Position numbers and translations under genes: made by a program. Below the pieces are notes generated by a model. It made no database searches and was not told where the DNA came from. It saw only the letters and a list, made by a program, of their open reading frames with translations. A stretch of 63,155 nt of DNA, counting the filler, from an uncultured Synergistales bacterium (GTDB lineage: Bacteria; Synergistota; Synergistia; Synergistales; Aminobacteriaceae): NCBI GenBank assembly GCA_937897575.1. It is 5 parts of 5 records of this genome, joined end to end, with 100 filler letters (N's around TTAATTAATTAA, not from the genome) between each part and the next. Parts side by side here need not be neighbours in the genome. Positions count along the whole stretch, not along the records: positions 1 to 10,582 come from CALCQG010000033.1; 4 more parts are not named here. The stretch is one strand, 5' to 3'. This document shows positions 1 to 9,110 of the stretch, one piece after another; positions within the stretch are counted from its first letter, which is position 1, and each line of letters opens with the position of its first letter.

Positions 1-1419
1 CTGTTCGACGTCTCGGAGATCCTGGACCGCCCCCTCCTCGACATAGCCGATACCCACGACAGCCTGCGAATCTACGGCTTCCTGAGGGAGAAGGGGGACG
101 GGCACGGCGACGTGCACTACTATTTCACGCACTCCAAGATCCGGGAGGCCATCCTGGCCGGCATGTCCTCCACGCGCCAGAACGCCCTGCACAGAAAGAG
201 CGTGGAGGTGCTCAAAAAGCGGGATCTCACCCCGGTGTACAGGAACAGGCCCCTCTTCGCCCTCCTCGCGTGGCACTGCGAGGAGGCGGGGCTCGCCCGG
301 GAGGCCCTGACATGGCGGATGGAGGAGCTGAAGCTTCACTTCCACGCCACCCATGAGGTTTTCCCCGCCCTCTCGGACCAGGACCTCGCCCGGTATATCC
401 CCACGGCGGAGGATCTCGTCTGGACGGAACGGACGCTCGAGGAGACGAGACGACAGCTCGACAGGGTTGTGCGGCTCCATGGAAAGGGCCCGGAGGTGCT
501 TCGTCTCGAACGGGACTGGGAGATCCTCAAGGGAGGGTACCTCTGGTGGAGCGGTGACTACGGGAGCTCCCTCCACATCCTCAGGGAAGGGGTCCGCAAG
601 GCCATCCAGACGGAGGATTATGAAGCCGTCGCGGAGGGGTATGCCCAGCTCTGCTTCCTCGCCATCCAGACCGACGACAGCGCGTCCCTCGAACGCTGGG
701 GGAGAACGCTGTACCGCCTGGCGGGGGAGCACCACCTTCACCGGTGGCTCGGCCTATCCGCCCGGTTCCTGGCCATCGCCCATATTCTCCAGACGCAACA
801 CGAGCCCGCTGAACACCTGCTCCGTATCTCCACCCGAGTCTTCGAGAGGATGGAGGAGGCAGGGCCGAGCTACACCGTCTCGCTTATCGCGGCGGAGCAC
901 TTTCAGGGAGACCTCCAGCTCTCCAAAGGAAATGTCCGGGAAGCCCTGCGGCTCTACGTCAACTGCGTCAGGATCGGGGAGAGCCTCACCCTCTACCGGG
1001 GGCTCGGCCTCTCCTTCGCCAAAGTGGCCTACTGTTCCCTCCTCCTGGGGGACCTCCCCGGCGCGGAGGACGCGCTCGCCCGCATGGAGCAGTTTCAGAG
1101 CCTGTTCCACTACGACCGGGGAAGCGACCACCAGGGGGGAGGCATCGCCCTCAGCCTCATGGGTCTCGTGGAGGCCCTTCGGGGCAACTGGTCCCGCAGT
1201 GGAGAGCACTTCGCCCTCTCAGAGAGCCTGGCAGCCAAAACCGGACGTCCCACATGGCTTGCCGTGCTGTACTGGGCCAAGGCCGAAGTCCTCGCGAAGG
1301 GTGCCCCCATCCCGGCGGATTTCATCTTCTCCACCCTCCCCGAGGGAGAGGAGCACTACCGGCTCCAGGCGGAAGCCATGAACAAACGGATCGGCTGGGC
1401 CCCTAAACGCATGGAGTAG
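1..1419 (+). CDS. C-terminal part of a large AAA-ATPase/TPR (SARP/BTAD- or MalT-like) transcriptional regulator; 5' truncated by window
   Basis: Frame open from base 1 to TAG at 1417-1419; YYFTHSKIREAI and LAWHCEEAG motifs typical of the post-ATPase region of such regulators, followed by helical TPR-like repeats. Confidence 0.6.
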   Translation: MFDVSEILDRPLLDIADTHDSLRIYGFLREKGDGHGDVHYYFTHSKIREAILAGMSSTRQNALHRKSVEVLKKRDLTPVYRNRPLFALLAWHCEEAGLAREALTWRMEELKLHFHATHEVFPALSDQDLARYIPTAEDLVWTERTLEETRRQLDRVVRLHGKGPEVLRLERDWEILKGGYLWWSGDYGSSLHILREGVRKAIQTEDYEAVAEGYAQLCFLAIQTDDSASLERWGRTLYRLAGEHHLHRWLGLSARFLAIAHILQTQHEPAEHLLRISTRVFERMEEAGPSYTVSLIAAEHFQGDLQLSKGNVREALRLYVNCVRIGESLTLYRGLGLSFAKVAYCSLLLGDLPGAEDALARMEQFQSLFHYDRGSDHQGGGIALSLMGLVEALRGNWSRSGEHFALSESLAAKTGRPTWLAVLYWAKAEVLAKGAPIPADFIFSTLPEGEEHYRLQAEAMNKRIGWAPKRME

Positions 1420-1788
1420 GACTCCCCCTGCCCCTTCCTGACGCTCCGGGGAGGAAAGAACCGTTCCCCAGGAGAATCCCATGAAGATCTGATCGAACAC
1501 TGTCGAGAATACCCCGCAGAACAGGTATATCTGCCCCCGTCGATTCTTTCCGGGCAGAACGGAAAGGAGTATATTCTACCGGAAGAGGGGGACGACACAT
1601 TCCCGTCGTCACGGAACACGAGAAGGCAAGAGATTTTGTCTGCCGCCATATAGTGCACTATGGAGGACAGCCGCGTTCCACCGTATTTTTCAATATTTTT
1701 GCACTCCATGGTCGTTTTTTTGAGAATTTTTTGCCTCGTGGGAAGTATACTTGCAACATTGTGATAAGTAAGGCGGGGGATATGAACC

Positions 1789-2586
1789 ATGGAAATTGCT
1801 GTCATGATCAAACAGGTTCCCGCAACGGACAGTGTCAAGATCGATCCCGAGACAGGCACCATGATCCGGGATGGCCTGGAGATGGAGATCAACCCACTGG
1901 ATCTCCACTCCCTCGAGGCGGCTGTGACACTCCGCGACAGAGCCGGGAGAGGGCGAGTCACGGTTTTCACCATGGGGCCTCCGTCCGCCCTCCGGGCCGT
2001 GCGAAGCGCCCTGGCCTTCGGGTGCGACCGGGGGTTCCTGGTGACGGACCGCGCATTCGGCGGATCGGATACCTTGGCCACTGCCCGCACCTTGGCGGCG
2101 GCTCTCAGGAAAGAGGGGCCTTTCGACATGATCCTGTGCGGAGAACGGGCCACCGATGGAGAGACGGGGCAGGTTGGTCCGGCTCTCGGGCATCTGCTGG
2201 GCGCTTCGGTGCTCACCTACGTGAACGACATCCTCGAACTCGGGGAGGGGTATGTGGTCGTGCGCCGCGCCATCGAGGGCGGAGAACAGGTGGTGCGCGC
2301 GAAACTCCCCGCCCAGCTGGGCGTCGTCAAGGAGCTGAACCGGCCGAGACTGACAACCCTGAGACGACGGCAGGCGGCGAGAGAGACGCCGATACCCTCT
2401 CTCACGGCGGAGGACCTGGGCCTTCCGAAGGAGCGGTGCGGGCTGAAGGGCTCCCCGACCCAAGTCGTCTCCATATCCTACCCCGAGGTGACGCGATCCT
2501 GCGAGATGATTCAGGTGGGGACCGACGTAGATCGTGCTGTGAGCGTCCTTGCCGAAGCATTGCTGAAGGAGGTTGCGCCTCGATGA
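1789..2586 (+). CDS. etfB: Electron transfer flavoprotein beta subunit (EtfB/FixA)
   Basis: IKQVP, INPLD, TMGPP, DRAFGGSDTLAT, CGERATDGETGQVG motifs. Confidence 0.95.
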   Translation: MEIAVMIKQVPATDSVKIDPETGTMIRDGLEMEINPLDLHSLEAAVTLRDRAGRGRVTVFTMGPPSALRAVRSALAFGCDRGFLVTDRAFGGSDTLATARTLAAALRKEGPFDMILCGERATDGETGQVGPALGHLLGASVLTYVNDILELGEGYVVVRRAIEGGEQVVRAKLPAQLGVVKELNRPRLTTLRRRQAARETPIPSLTAEDLGLPKERCGLKGSPTQVVSISYPEVTRSCEMIQVGTDVDRAVSVLAEALLKEVAPR

Positions 2587-3593
2587 CAGGCTCCCCGGAC
2601 CGAGGGGTGTGGACCCTCGCTGAGATCCGAAACGGCCGCGTCCACGAGATATCCGGTGAACTTCTCGCGTGGGGGAGAAGCCTTGCCGACTCGTTGGGTG
2701 CACCCCTCGTGAGCGTAGTACCCGAGAGCGTCCCTGATGGAGACCTGGACGGCTTGGTCGCCTGGGGGGCAGACGTGGTCATCGTCCTCGATTCGCAGGA
2801 GGGGACTCTCCCCGAGGACCTGCTGTGCCCTTTGCTGGCCCGTCTTGTCCGTCGGCACAAGCCGGAAATTTTCATCGCGTCTGCCACCACCACAGGGCGC
2901 ACGGCATTCTCCATGCTGTACGCGGAGCTCGAGACAGGGCTCACCGCGGATTGCACCGGCCTCCGCGTCGACGAGAAGACGGGTATGCTCCTTCAGACCC
3001 GCCCCGCCATCGGAGGGAACGTGATGGCCACCATCAAGACCCCGTTGCACCGGCCTCAGATGTGCACCGTCCGTCCCCGCTCCATGAAGCCTCTTGTGAT
3101 GGACCCGTCCAGAAGGGGACGCATCGTCCGGGAGACGGTCGAGGAGCGATCGTTTGTGAGCCGGCTGGAGGTCCTGGACTCCATACGGGACGTCGGGCGA
3201 GGCACCCCCATCTCCGAAGCGGACATCCTCGTGGTGGGGGGCAGGGGTATGGGGCACGGCGGAAATTTCCGATTGCTCGAGCAGCTGGCGGACCTTCTGG
3301 GCGGTCAGGTGGGAGCCACACGTCAGGCGGTGGACATGGGCTGGGCCCCCTACTCTTCCCAGATCGGACTCAGCGGCAAAACCGTCTCACCGAGACTCTA
3401 CATCTCCTTTGGCGTATCCGGAGCCATCCAGCACATAGCGGGCATGAGCACGGCGGAAAAGATCATAGCGGTGAACAGGGACAGCGACGCTCCCATCTTC
3501 GACGTGGCCGATCTGGGCATCGTGGGGGATGTCGGCGAGGTGCTCCCGGCCCTCATACGGGATATGGAAAGGAGGAGCGGACCGTGTCAGTGA
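2583..3593 (+). CDS. etfA: Electron transfer flavoprotein alpha subunit (EtfA/FixB)
   Basis: ATG overlaps etfB stop (ATGA); TGLTADCT, TRPAIGGN, GGRGMG, QIGLSGKTVSP, GVSGAIQH motifs. Confidence 0.95.
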   Translation: MTGSPDRGVWTLAEIRNGRVHEISGELLAWGRSLADSLGAPLVSVVPESVPDGDLDGLVAWGADVVIVLDSQEGTLPEDLLCPLLARLVRRHKPEIFIASATTTGRTAFSMLYAELETGLTADCTGLRVDEKTGMLLQTRPAIGGNVMATIKTPLHRPQMCTVRPRSMKPLVMDPSRRGRIVRETVEERSFVSRLEVLDSIRDVGRGTPISEADILVVGGRGMGHGGNFRLLEQLADLLGGQVGATRQAVDMGWAPYSSQIGLSGKTVSPRLYISFGVSGAIQHIAGMSTAEKIIAVNRDSDAPIFDVADLGIVGDVGEVLPALIRDMERRSGPCQ

Positions 3594-5008
3594 CCAGGGA
3601 GTATGGAGCGGTGACCCGTGAAATCCTGGACGAACTCCTCAGCGCCCTCGGAAAGAACAGGGTCCTCTCCGACCATGACGGAATGGAGCCCTACTCGTGG
3701 GACGAGACGGGCAAAAATTTTGCCGTGCTGCCCGAGGTGGTGGTGAAGCCGGGCAACACCGAGGACGTCCGGGCGGTGATGCGCATCGCCCAGAAGCACA
3801 GGATTCCCGTCACGGCGAGCGCCGCCAGGAGCGGCGTGGCGGGGGGCGCCATCCCCCTTCGGCGGGGCATCGTGCTGACCACGGAGAAGATGAACCGCAT
3901 CCTCGAGGTGGACCCCGTGAACCGGACGGCCACCGTAGAGCCGGGGGTGATCACCAACGACCTCTGCAAGGTGGCGGCGGAAAAGGGGTATCTCTACGCC
4001 GGTTCGCCCATGAGCACCTTTACGAGCACCGTGGGAGGAAACGTGGCCACCAACGCCGGAGGAGCGAAGGGTATTCGGTACGGCAGCACCAGAGCCCACG
4101 TGCTCGGTCTCGAAGTGGTGCTCCCGGGAGGGGACGTGCTCTCTCTCGGAGGGAAAATACGAAAGGGAACCTGGGGGTATGACCTGAAGGATCTCGTGGT
4201 GGGGTCCGAGGGGACCCTGGGCATCGTGACGAAGATCGTCGTCAACCTGGAGCCCATGCCGGGGCGAACGGCGGACCTGCTGGTCCCCTTCCGCACCATC
4301 GGCGAGGCGGTAGCCGCCACATCGAAGATCCTTGCCCTTGGCGTATCGCTGCTTTCCTGCGAATATCTCGATCAACCGTCCGTGCTCCTCACATCCCGAT
4401 ACGTGAAGTACGTCTATCCATTTCAGGACGAGGCGGAGGCCTTCCTGTTGATCCAGGTGGAGGGGAAGGACGAGGAGACCCTCGAAAGGGACTGCGATAA
4501 AGTGGGAAACCTCTGTTACGATGAGGGAGCCATCGAGGTCTTCGTGGCGGACAACCGGAGCGACTCGGCGGATATCTGGAGCGTCCGGCAGAACTATGCC
4601 GAGGCCCTCAGGGTCAAGGACCCCTACTTCGTCAGCGGCGACGTGCTCCTCCCTCTGTCCAGGGTGCCCGACATGGTGCGGAGCATCGAGGAGACAGCGA
4701 AGAAGTATGAGCTCGAATGCGTCGTCTGCGGTCATATCGGTGAAGGGAACATGCACCCCGACATATTCAAACCGGACCAGATGGAACTTCGCGAGTGGGA
4801 GTCCTATTCCGAGGCCTTCTTCGCCGATCTCATACGGCATGCCGTGGACATGGGCGGCATAGGCAGCGGAGAGCACGGAGTCGGTTTCGTGAAGAAACCC
4901 TTCCTGACGGAGACCAAGGGGGAGGTGGAGATCGGGCTTATGCGGCGTATAAAACAGGCGTTCGACCCGGACTGGATTCTCAATCCGGGGAAAATAGTGG
5001 ATTCATAG
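3584..5008 (+). CDS. FAD-binding 2-hydroxyacid dehydrogenase (GlcD/LctD family)
   Basis: GTG after GGAGGAG; TVGGNVATNAGG, GSEGTLGIVT, GHIGEGNMH, SGEHGVG, FDPDWILNPGK motifs. Confidence 0.9.
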   Translation: MSVTREYGAVTREILDELLSALGKNRVLSDHDGMEPYSWDETGKNFAVLPEVVVKPGNTEDVRAVMRIAQKHRIPVTASAARSGVAGGAIPLRRGIVLTTEKMNRILEVDPVNRTATVEPGVITNDLCKVAAEKGYLYAGSPMSTFTSTVGGNVATNAGGAKGIRYGSTRAHVLGLEVVLPGGDVLSLGGKIRKGTWGYDLKDLVVGSEGTLGIVTKIVVNLEPMPGRTADLLVPFRTIGEAVAATSKILALGVSLLSCEYLDQPSVLLTSRYVKYVYPFQDEAEAFLLIQVEGKDEETLERDCDKVGNLCYDEGAIEVFVADNRSDSADIWSVRQNYAEALRVKDPYFVSGDVLLPLSRVPDMVRSIEETAKKYELECVVCGHIGEGNMHPDIFKPDQMELREWESYSEAFFADLIRHAVDMGGIGSGEHGVGFVKKPFLTETKGEVEIGLMRRIKQAFDPDWILNPGKIVDS

Positions 5009-5048
5009 ACGAAGGGTGCGGACCCGAAAGCCGAAGGAGGAATTCGTC

Positions 5049-6056
5049 GTGCACAAAATGAGACAGACAGCTCTTGCGCTTGCTGTGTTCTTTTGCGTCG
5101 TTCTCGCCGCTGCCGGCGTTGCCGGCGCGGAACAGTACGTACTCAAGATAGGCAGTATCACCAACGAGACCCACCCCTACTACGTGGCCTTTCAGAAGGT
5201 CTTCGTCCCCTACATCGAGAAGGAGGCCCAGGGGCGGATCAAAGTGGAGTTCTACTTCAACGCCCAGCTCGGCGGCGACCGCGAGATGGTGGAGATGTGC
5301 CAGTTCGGAGCCCTGAGCATGGACTGCGCAACGCCGAGCACCCTGAGCGGCTTCGACAAACGTTTTCAGGTTCTGGGGCTCCCCTACCTCTTCCCCGATA
5401 AAGCGACGGCCTTCAAGGCTCTGGACGGTGAGCTCGGGAAGACCCTGGACTCCTATCTTCCCGCCATCAACCTCTACAACCTCGGATACTTCGAGAACGG
5501 GTTCCGCCACGTGACCAACAACAAGAAGCCCATTCACTCCATACAGGACATGGAGGGGCTCAAGATCCGCACCCAGGAAAACCCCATGCACATCTCCTTC
5601 TTCCGCTCCATAGGCGCCAACCCCACCCCCATAAACTGGGGCGAGCTCTACACGGCGCTTCAGCAGAAGACGGTGGACGCCCAGGAGAACCCGCTGGTGC
5701 TCATCTATGAGGCCAAACTCTACGAAGTCCAGAAGTACGTCTCTCTGACAGGGCACGTCTACGAGCCCACCATGCTGGTCACCAGCAAGGTATGGTTCGA
5801 CACCCTCCCCGAGGACCTGCAGAAGGTGGTCCGCGAGGCGGCCCGCCTCTTCTGCGACGAGGAGCGCAGGCTCATCGACGAAGAGGAGAAGAGCGCCCGG
5901 GCTATGCTCGAGGAGCACGGCATGCAGGTGAACGATCTTGCCCCCGAGCAGCTCGCCGTATTCGTAGAGCGTTCCCGAAAACTCTACGACGATAGCCGGG
6001 GACTGCTCGGCGACGAAGTGGTGGACCTTGCCATAAAGGCCACGAAGAAGGACTAG
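5049..6056 (+). CDS. dctP: TRAP transporter substrate-binding protein DctP
   Basis: Signal peptide; ENGFRH, GLKIRT, GELYTALQQKTVDAQENP motifs; RBS AAGGAGG. Confidence 0.92.
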   Translation: MHKMRQTALALAVFFCVVLAAAGVAGAEQYVLKIGSITNETHPYYVAFQKVFVPYIEKEAQGRIKVEFYFNAQLGGDREMVEMCQFGALSMDCATPSTLSGFDKRFQVLGLPYLFPDKATAFKALDGELGKTLDSYLPAINLYNLGYFENGFRHVTNNKKPIHSIQDMEGLKIRTQENPMHISFFRSIGANPTPINWGELYTALQQKTVDAQENPLVLIYEAKLYEVQKYVSLTGHVYEPTMLVTSKVWFDTLPEDLQKVVREAARLFCDEERRLIDEEEKSARAMLEEHGMQVNDLAPEQLAVFVERSRKLYDDSRGLLGDEVVDLAIKATKKD

Positions 6057-6072
6057 CCAAAAGACCGTCATA

Positions 6073-6099
6073 CCAGGCGGAGGGTTCCCCTCCGCCTGG
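6073..6099 (+). terminator. Intercistronic GC-rich hairpin after dctP (mRNA stabiliser or partial terminator)
   Basis: CCAGGCGGAGGG-TTC-CCCTCCGCCTGG perfect 12-bp stem; no U-tract on + strand. Confidence 0.55.
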
Positions 6100-6126
6100 A
6101 GCCTGAAAAAAGCAGAGGACACGCCA

Positions 6127-6618
6127 ATGATGAAGAAGCTGAACGCTCTGGAGGAGTATTTCCTTATCGGCACACTTTTTTTCAATGTGGTATTGGTCTT
6201 TGTTCAGGTGATCATGCGGTACGTGTTTCACAACTCCCTCTACTGGAGCGAGGAGCTGGCACGTTTCGTGTTCCTGTGGTTTTCCTGGATCGGGACGAGC
6301 TTCGCTGTCCGTGAGGGGGCCCACCTGAAGGTGACCATGGTGGGCGACTGGCTCGGCGGCAGAGGTAAAAGGGTGCTGGAGTTCATCTCCCTGGTGATCT
6401 GGATCGGCTTCTCCCTCTTCCTCGTCTATCAGGGCGGAAAGATCACCGCCTTCGTGGCCTCCATGGGTCAGACCTCACCGGCGCTCTATATACCCGTGAG
6501 TTTCGTCTACGCCTCCGTCCCCGTGGGATCGACCCTCATGGCTGCGCGACTGGTTTTCGAGCTGTGGAAGTTCCTCACAGGGAAAGATTCCCCCAGTGTC
6601 CCGGTAAAAGAATCATGA
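6127..6618 (+). CDS. dctQ: TRAP transporter small permease DctQ
   Basis: QVIMRYVF..WSEELAR motif, four hydrophobic segments. Confidence 0.92.
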   Translation: MMKKLNALEEYFLIGTLFFNVVLVFVQVIMRYVFHNSLYWSEELARFVFLWFSWIGTSFAVREGAHLKVTMVGDWLGGRGKRVLEFISLVIWIGFSLFLVYQGGKITAFVASMGQTSPALYIPVSFVYASVPVGSTLMAARLVFELWKFLTGKDSPSVPVKES

Positions 6619-6698
6619 GCCCTACTCCCGAGAACACAATCCGTCGGACCGAGGGCGGATGTCCCCGATAGAGCAGCCTGCAAAGGAGGTATAACGGG

Positions 6699-7979
6699 AT
6701 GAGCACTGCCATTCTTTTCGGCCTTATGATTCTCCTGATCCTCGTCGGAATTCCCATCGGCATCACCATCGGAGTCGCCACGGCGGTGGTCATGGCCTAC
6801 ACGACGCCCATGCCGCTCATGGTGATCGCCCAGAAGGCATGTACCGGACTCGACTCCTTCCCCCTGCTCGGAGTGCCCTTCTTTATCCTCGCGGGGTCCC
6901 TGATGTGCAACGGCGGCATCTCGAAGAGGCTGATCGATCTCGCGGAATCCCTCGTGGGCTACATCGTGGGAGGGTTGGCCATGGTAACGGTCATGGCATG
7001 CATGTTCTTCGCGGCCATCTCGGGCTCCGGCCCCGCCACCGTATCGGCCATAGGCTCCTTCATGATTCCGGCCATGAAGGAGCGGCATTACGGCGGAGGG
7101 TTCGCCGCCGCCGTCACCGCCGCGGCCGGGACCATAGGCGTCATCATACCGCCCTCCATCCCCTTCGTCATCTACTGCATCGTGGCCCAAGTCTCCATAG
7201 GCGACATGTTCATCGCGGGCATCGTCCCCGGCATCATCATCGGGATCGCGCTTATGGGAACCTGCTACCTCATCGCGCGAAAGAGAGGGTACGTCAGCCA
7301 CGCCGAGAGGGTCACGACGAAGGATGTGATGATCAATCTGAGAGAGGCGCTCTGGGCTCTCATGGTCCCCGTGATCATCCTCGGCGGCATCTACTCGGGC
7401 GTCTTCACCCCCACCGAGGCGGCGGTGGTCTCCGTGGTGTACGCCATCCTCATCGGAAAGTTCGTCTATAAAGAGCTCGACTATGCAAAGTTCTATCAGA
7501 GCATGAGGGACACAGCCCTCGTCAACGGATCGCTCATGTTCATGATCGGCCTCTCCATCGCCTTCGCCAACTACATCAGCCTGGCCCAGGTCCCGGCCAA
7601 AATATCCTCCACGCTGTCCCTCTTTATCGGCAGCCCGTTCATGCTTCTCCTGATAATCAATATCTTTCTGCTCATCCTGGGCTGCTTCGTGGACAACATC
7701 GCCGCCGTGATCATCCTCACCCCGCTCCTGCTCCCCGTGGTGCGACAGGTGGGGGTGGACCCCATCCACTTCGGCCTGATAGTCACCTTCAACCTGGCCA
7801 TAGGGTTCATCACTCCCCCCTACGGCATCAACCTCTTTGTGGCCTCCACCGTATCGGGGGAGAGTATCGAGTCCATATCCAGGGAGATCCTCCCTTTCAT
7901 CGTCTCCCTGATACTCTGTCTCATGGTCTTCACCTACTTTCCCGTGTTCACCATGGGGCTTTTGAAGCTTATTCGATGA
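6699..7979 (+). CDS. dctM: TRAP transporter large permease DctM
   Basis: FAAISGSGPAT, IIPPSIP, FTPTEAA, DPIHFG, ITPPYG motifs. Confidence 0.95.
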   Translation: MSTAILFGLMILLILVGIPIGITIGVATAVVMAYTTPMPLMVIAQKACTGLDSFPLLGVPFFILAGSLMCNGGISKRLIDLAESLVGYIVGGLAMVTVMACMFFAAISGSGPATVSAIGSFMIPAMKERHYGGGFAAAVTAAAGTIGVIIPPSIPFVIYCIVAQVSIGDMFIAGIVPGIIIGIALMGTCYLIARKRGYVSHAERVTTKDVMINLREALWALMVPVIILGGIYSGVFTPTEAAVVSVVYAILIGKFVYKELDYAKFYQSMRDTALVNGSLMFMIGLSIAFANYISLAQVPAKISSTLSLFIGSPFMLLLIINIFLLILGCFVDNIAAVIILTPLLLPVVRQVGVDPIHFGLIVTFNLAIGFITPPYGINLFVASTVSGESIESISREILPFIVSLILCLMVFTYFPVFTMGLLKLIR

Positions 7980-8448
7980 GCACGGGGGCCCTTCGGCCCC
8001 CGAACAACGTTCCGCACCCCGGAGGAAGAGAGCGCGCTTCGAATCACGGATTCACGCTCACTTCCTCCTTCTGTTTCGATTATGGGAATCGTGACGGACA
8101 ACAGGACAACGGACAATCGACCGGCACGCTGAGAATCCTGGCGTGCCCTTCCCACTCCTGAAGCTCTCCTCCCCTCTCGCCGTATCAGCCGCGACAATCA
8201 CCGGATGAACGCGTCCGGCGACAGAGACTCCCTGGCCCTAGGTCGTGGGACAAGCCTGACGTCCTCTGATGCTCCACATCGGGCTCTTTCGGGGACTCTT
8301 ACGGTACAAAAACACTTTTCCCTTGAAGGGGTGGGGCGGCGCCGTGAACGTCCGTCACTTTGCATTTTTTTTGCCTTTTGGTGGTATTTTTTACACGACA
8401 AGTCGTGACGCAGGGGTCACACTATTTCACCAAGCGGGAGGTATGGAG

Positions 8449-9078
8449 ATGTCAATCGAAACGGTACGTCAGCAGATGATCGACGGTGACGGAGAGGCCG
8501 CGGTGGCCTTGGTGCAGCAGATGGTGGAGCAGGGAGTCGCTCCCCAGGAGATCATGAACGGTCTCACGGAGGAGATGGGGATCCTCGGCGAGAAGTTCGA
8601 GAAGTTCGAGGTGTTCCTCCCCGATCTGATGATCGCCGGCGACGCCTTCATGCAGATCATGGGCGTGCTCAAGGGGCACCTTACGCCCGTGGAGGGGGCC
8701 GGCAAGGCCGCCACGGTGGTCATAGGGACTGTCAAGGGCGACTTCCACGATATCGGCAAGAATATCGTCGGCATCGTGCTTCAGGCCAACGGGTTCAACG
8801 TGGTGGACCTCGGCTCGGACGTGGACGCCATCGAGTACATCAAGACGGCCAGGAAGGAGAACGCCTCCGTGGTCGGCCTGTCGGCCCTCATGACCACCAC
8901 CATGCCCGGGCAGGAGGAGTTCATCAAACTGGTCTCCGAGATGGGCGACAAGGGGAAGTATCTCGTCTGCGTGGGCGGCGCCCCCACCTCCGTGGAGTGG
9001 GCCAAGAGGATCGGCGCGGACGTCTGGTCCTTCGACGCCTTCGAGTGCGCGGCGAAGATCAAGAAGCTCCTGGGCTGA
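8449..9078 (+). CDS. Corrinoid (B12-binding) protein of a methyltransferase system (MtmC/MttC-like)
   Basis: GDFHDIGKN (DxHxxG), GLSALMTTT, VGGAP; N-terminal cap domain; start 8443 or 8449. Confidence 0.92.
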   Translation: MSIETVRQQMIDGDGEAAVALVQQMVEQGVAPQEIMNGLTEEMGILGEKFEKFEVFLPDLMIAGDAFMQIMGVLKGHLTPVEGAGKAATVVIGTVKGDFHDIGKNIVGIVLQANGFNVVDLGSDVDAIEYIKTARKENASVVGLSALMTTTMPGQEEFIKLVSEMGDKGKYLVCVGGAPTSVEWAKRIGADVWSFDAFECAAKIKKLLG

Positions 9079-9110
9079 TCAGGGCCTTCGAAGACTGAGG
9101 AGGAGAAGAG

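Noticed and set aside
1653..3593. 646-aa EtfA and 727-aa dehydrogenase as given in the ORF track
   Set aside because: The N-terminal parts are alternate frames over the upstream gene; real starts are 2583 and 3584 with RBSs
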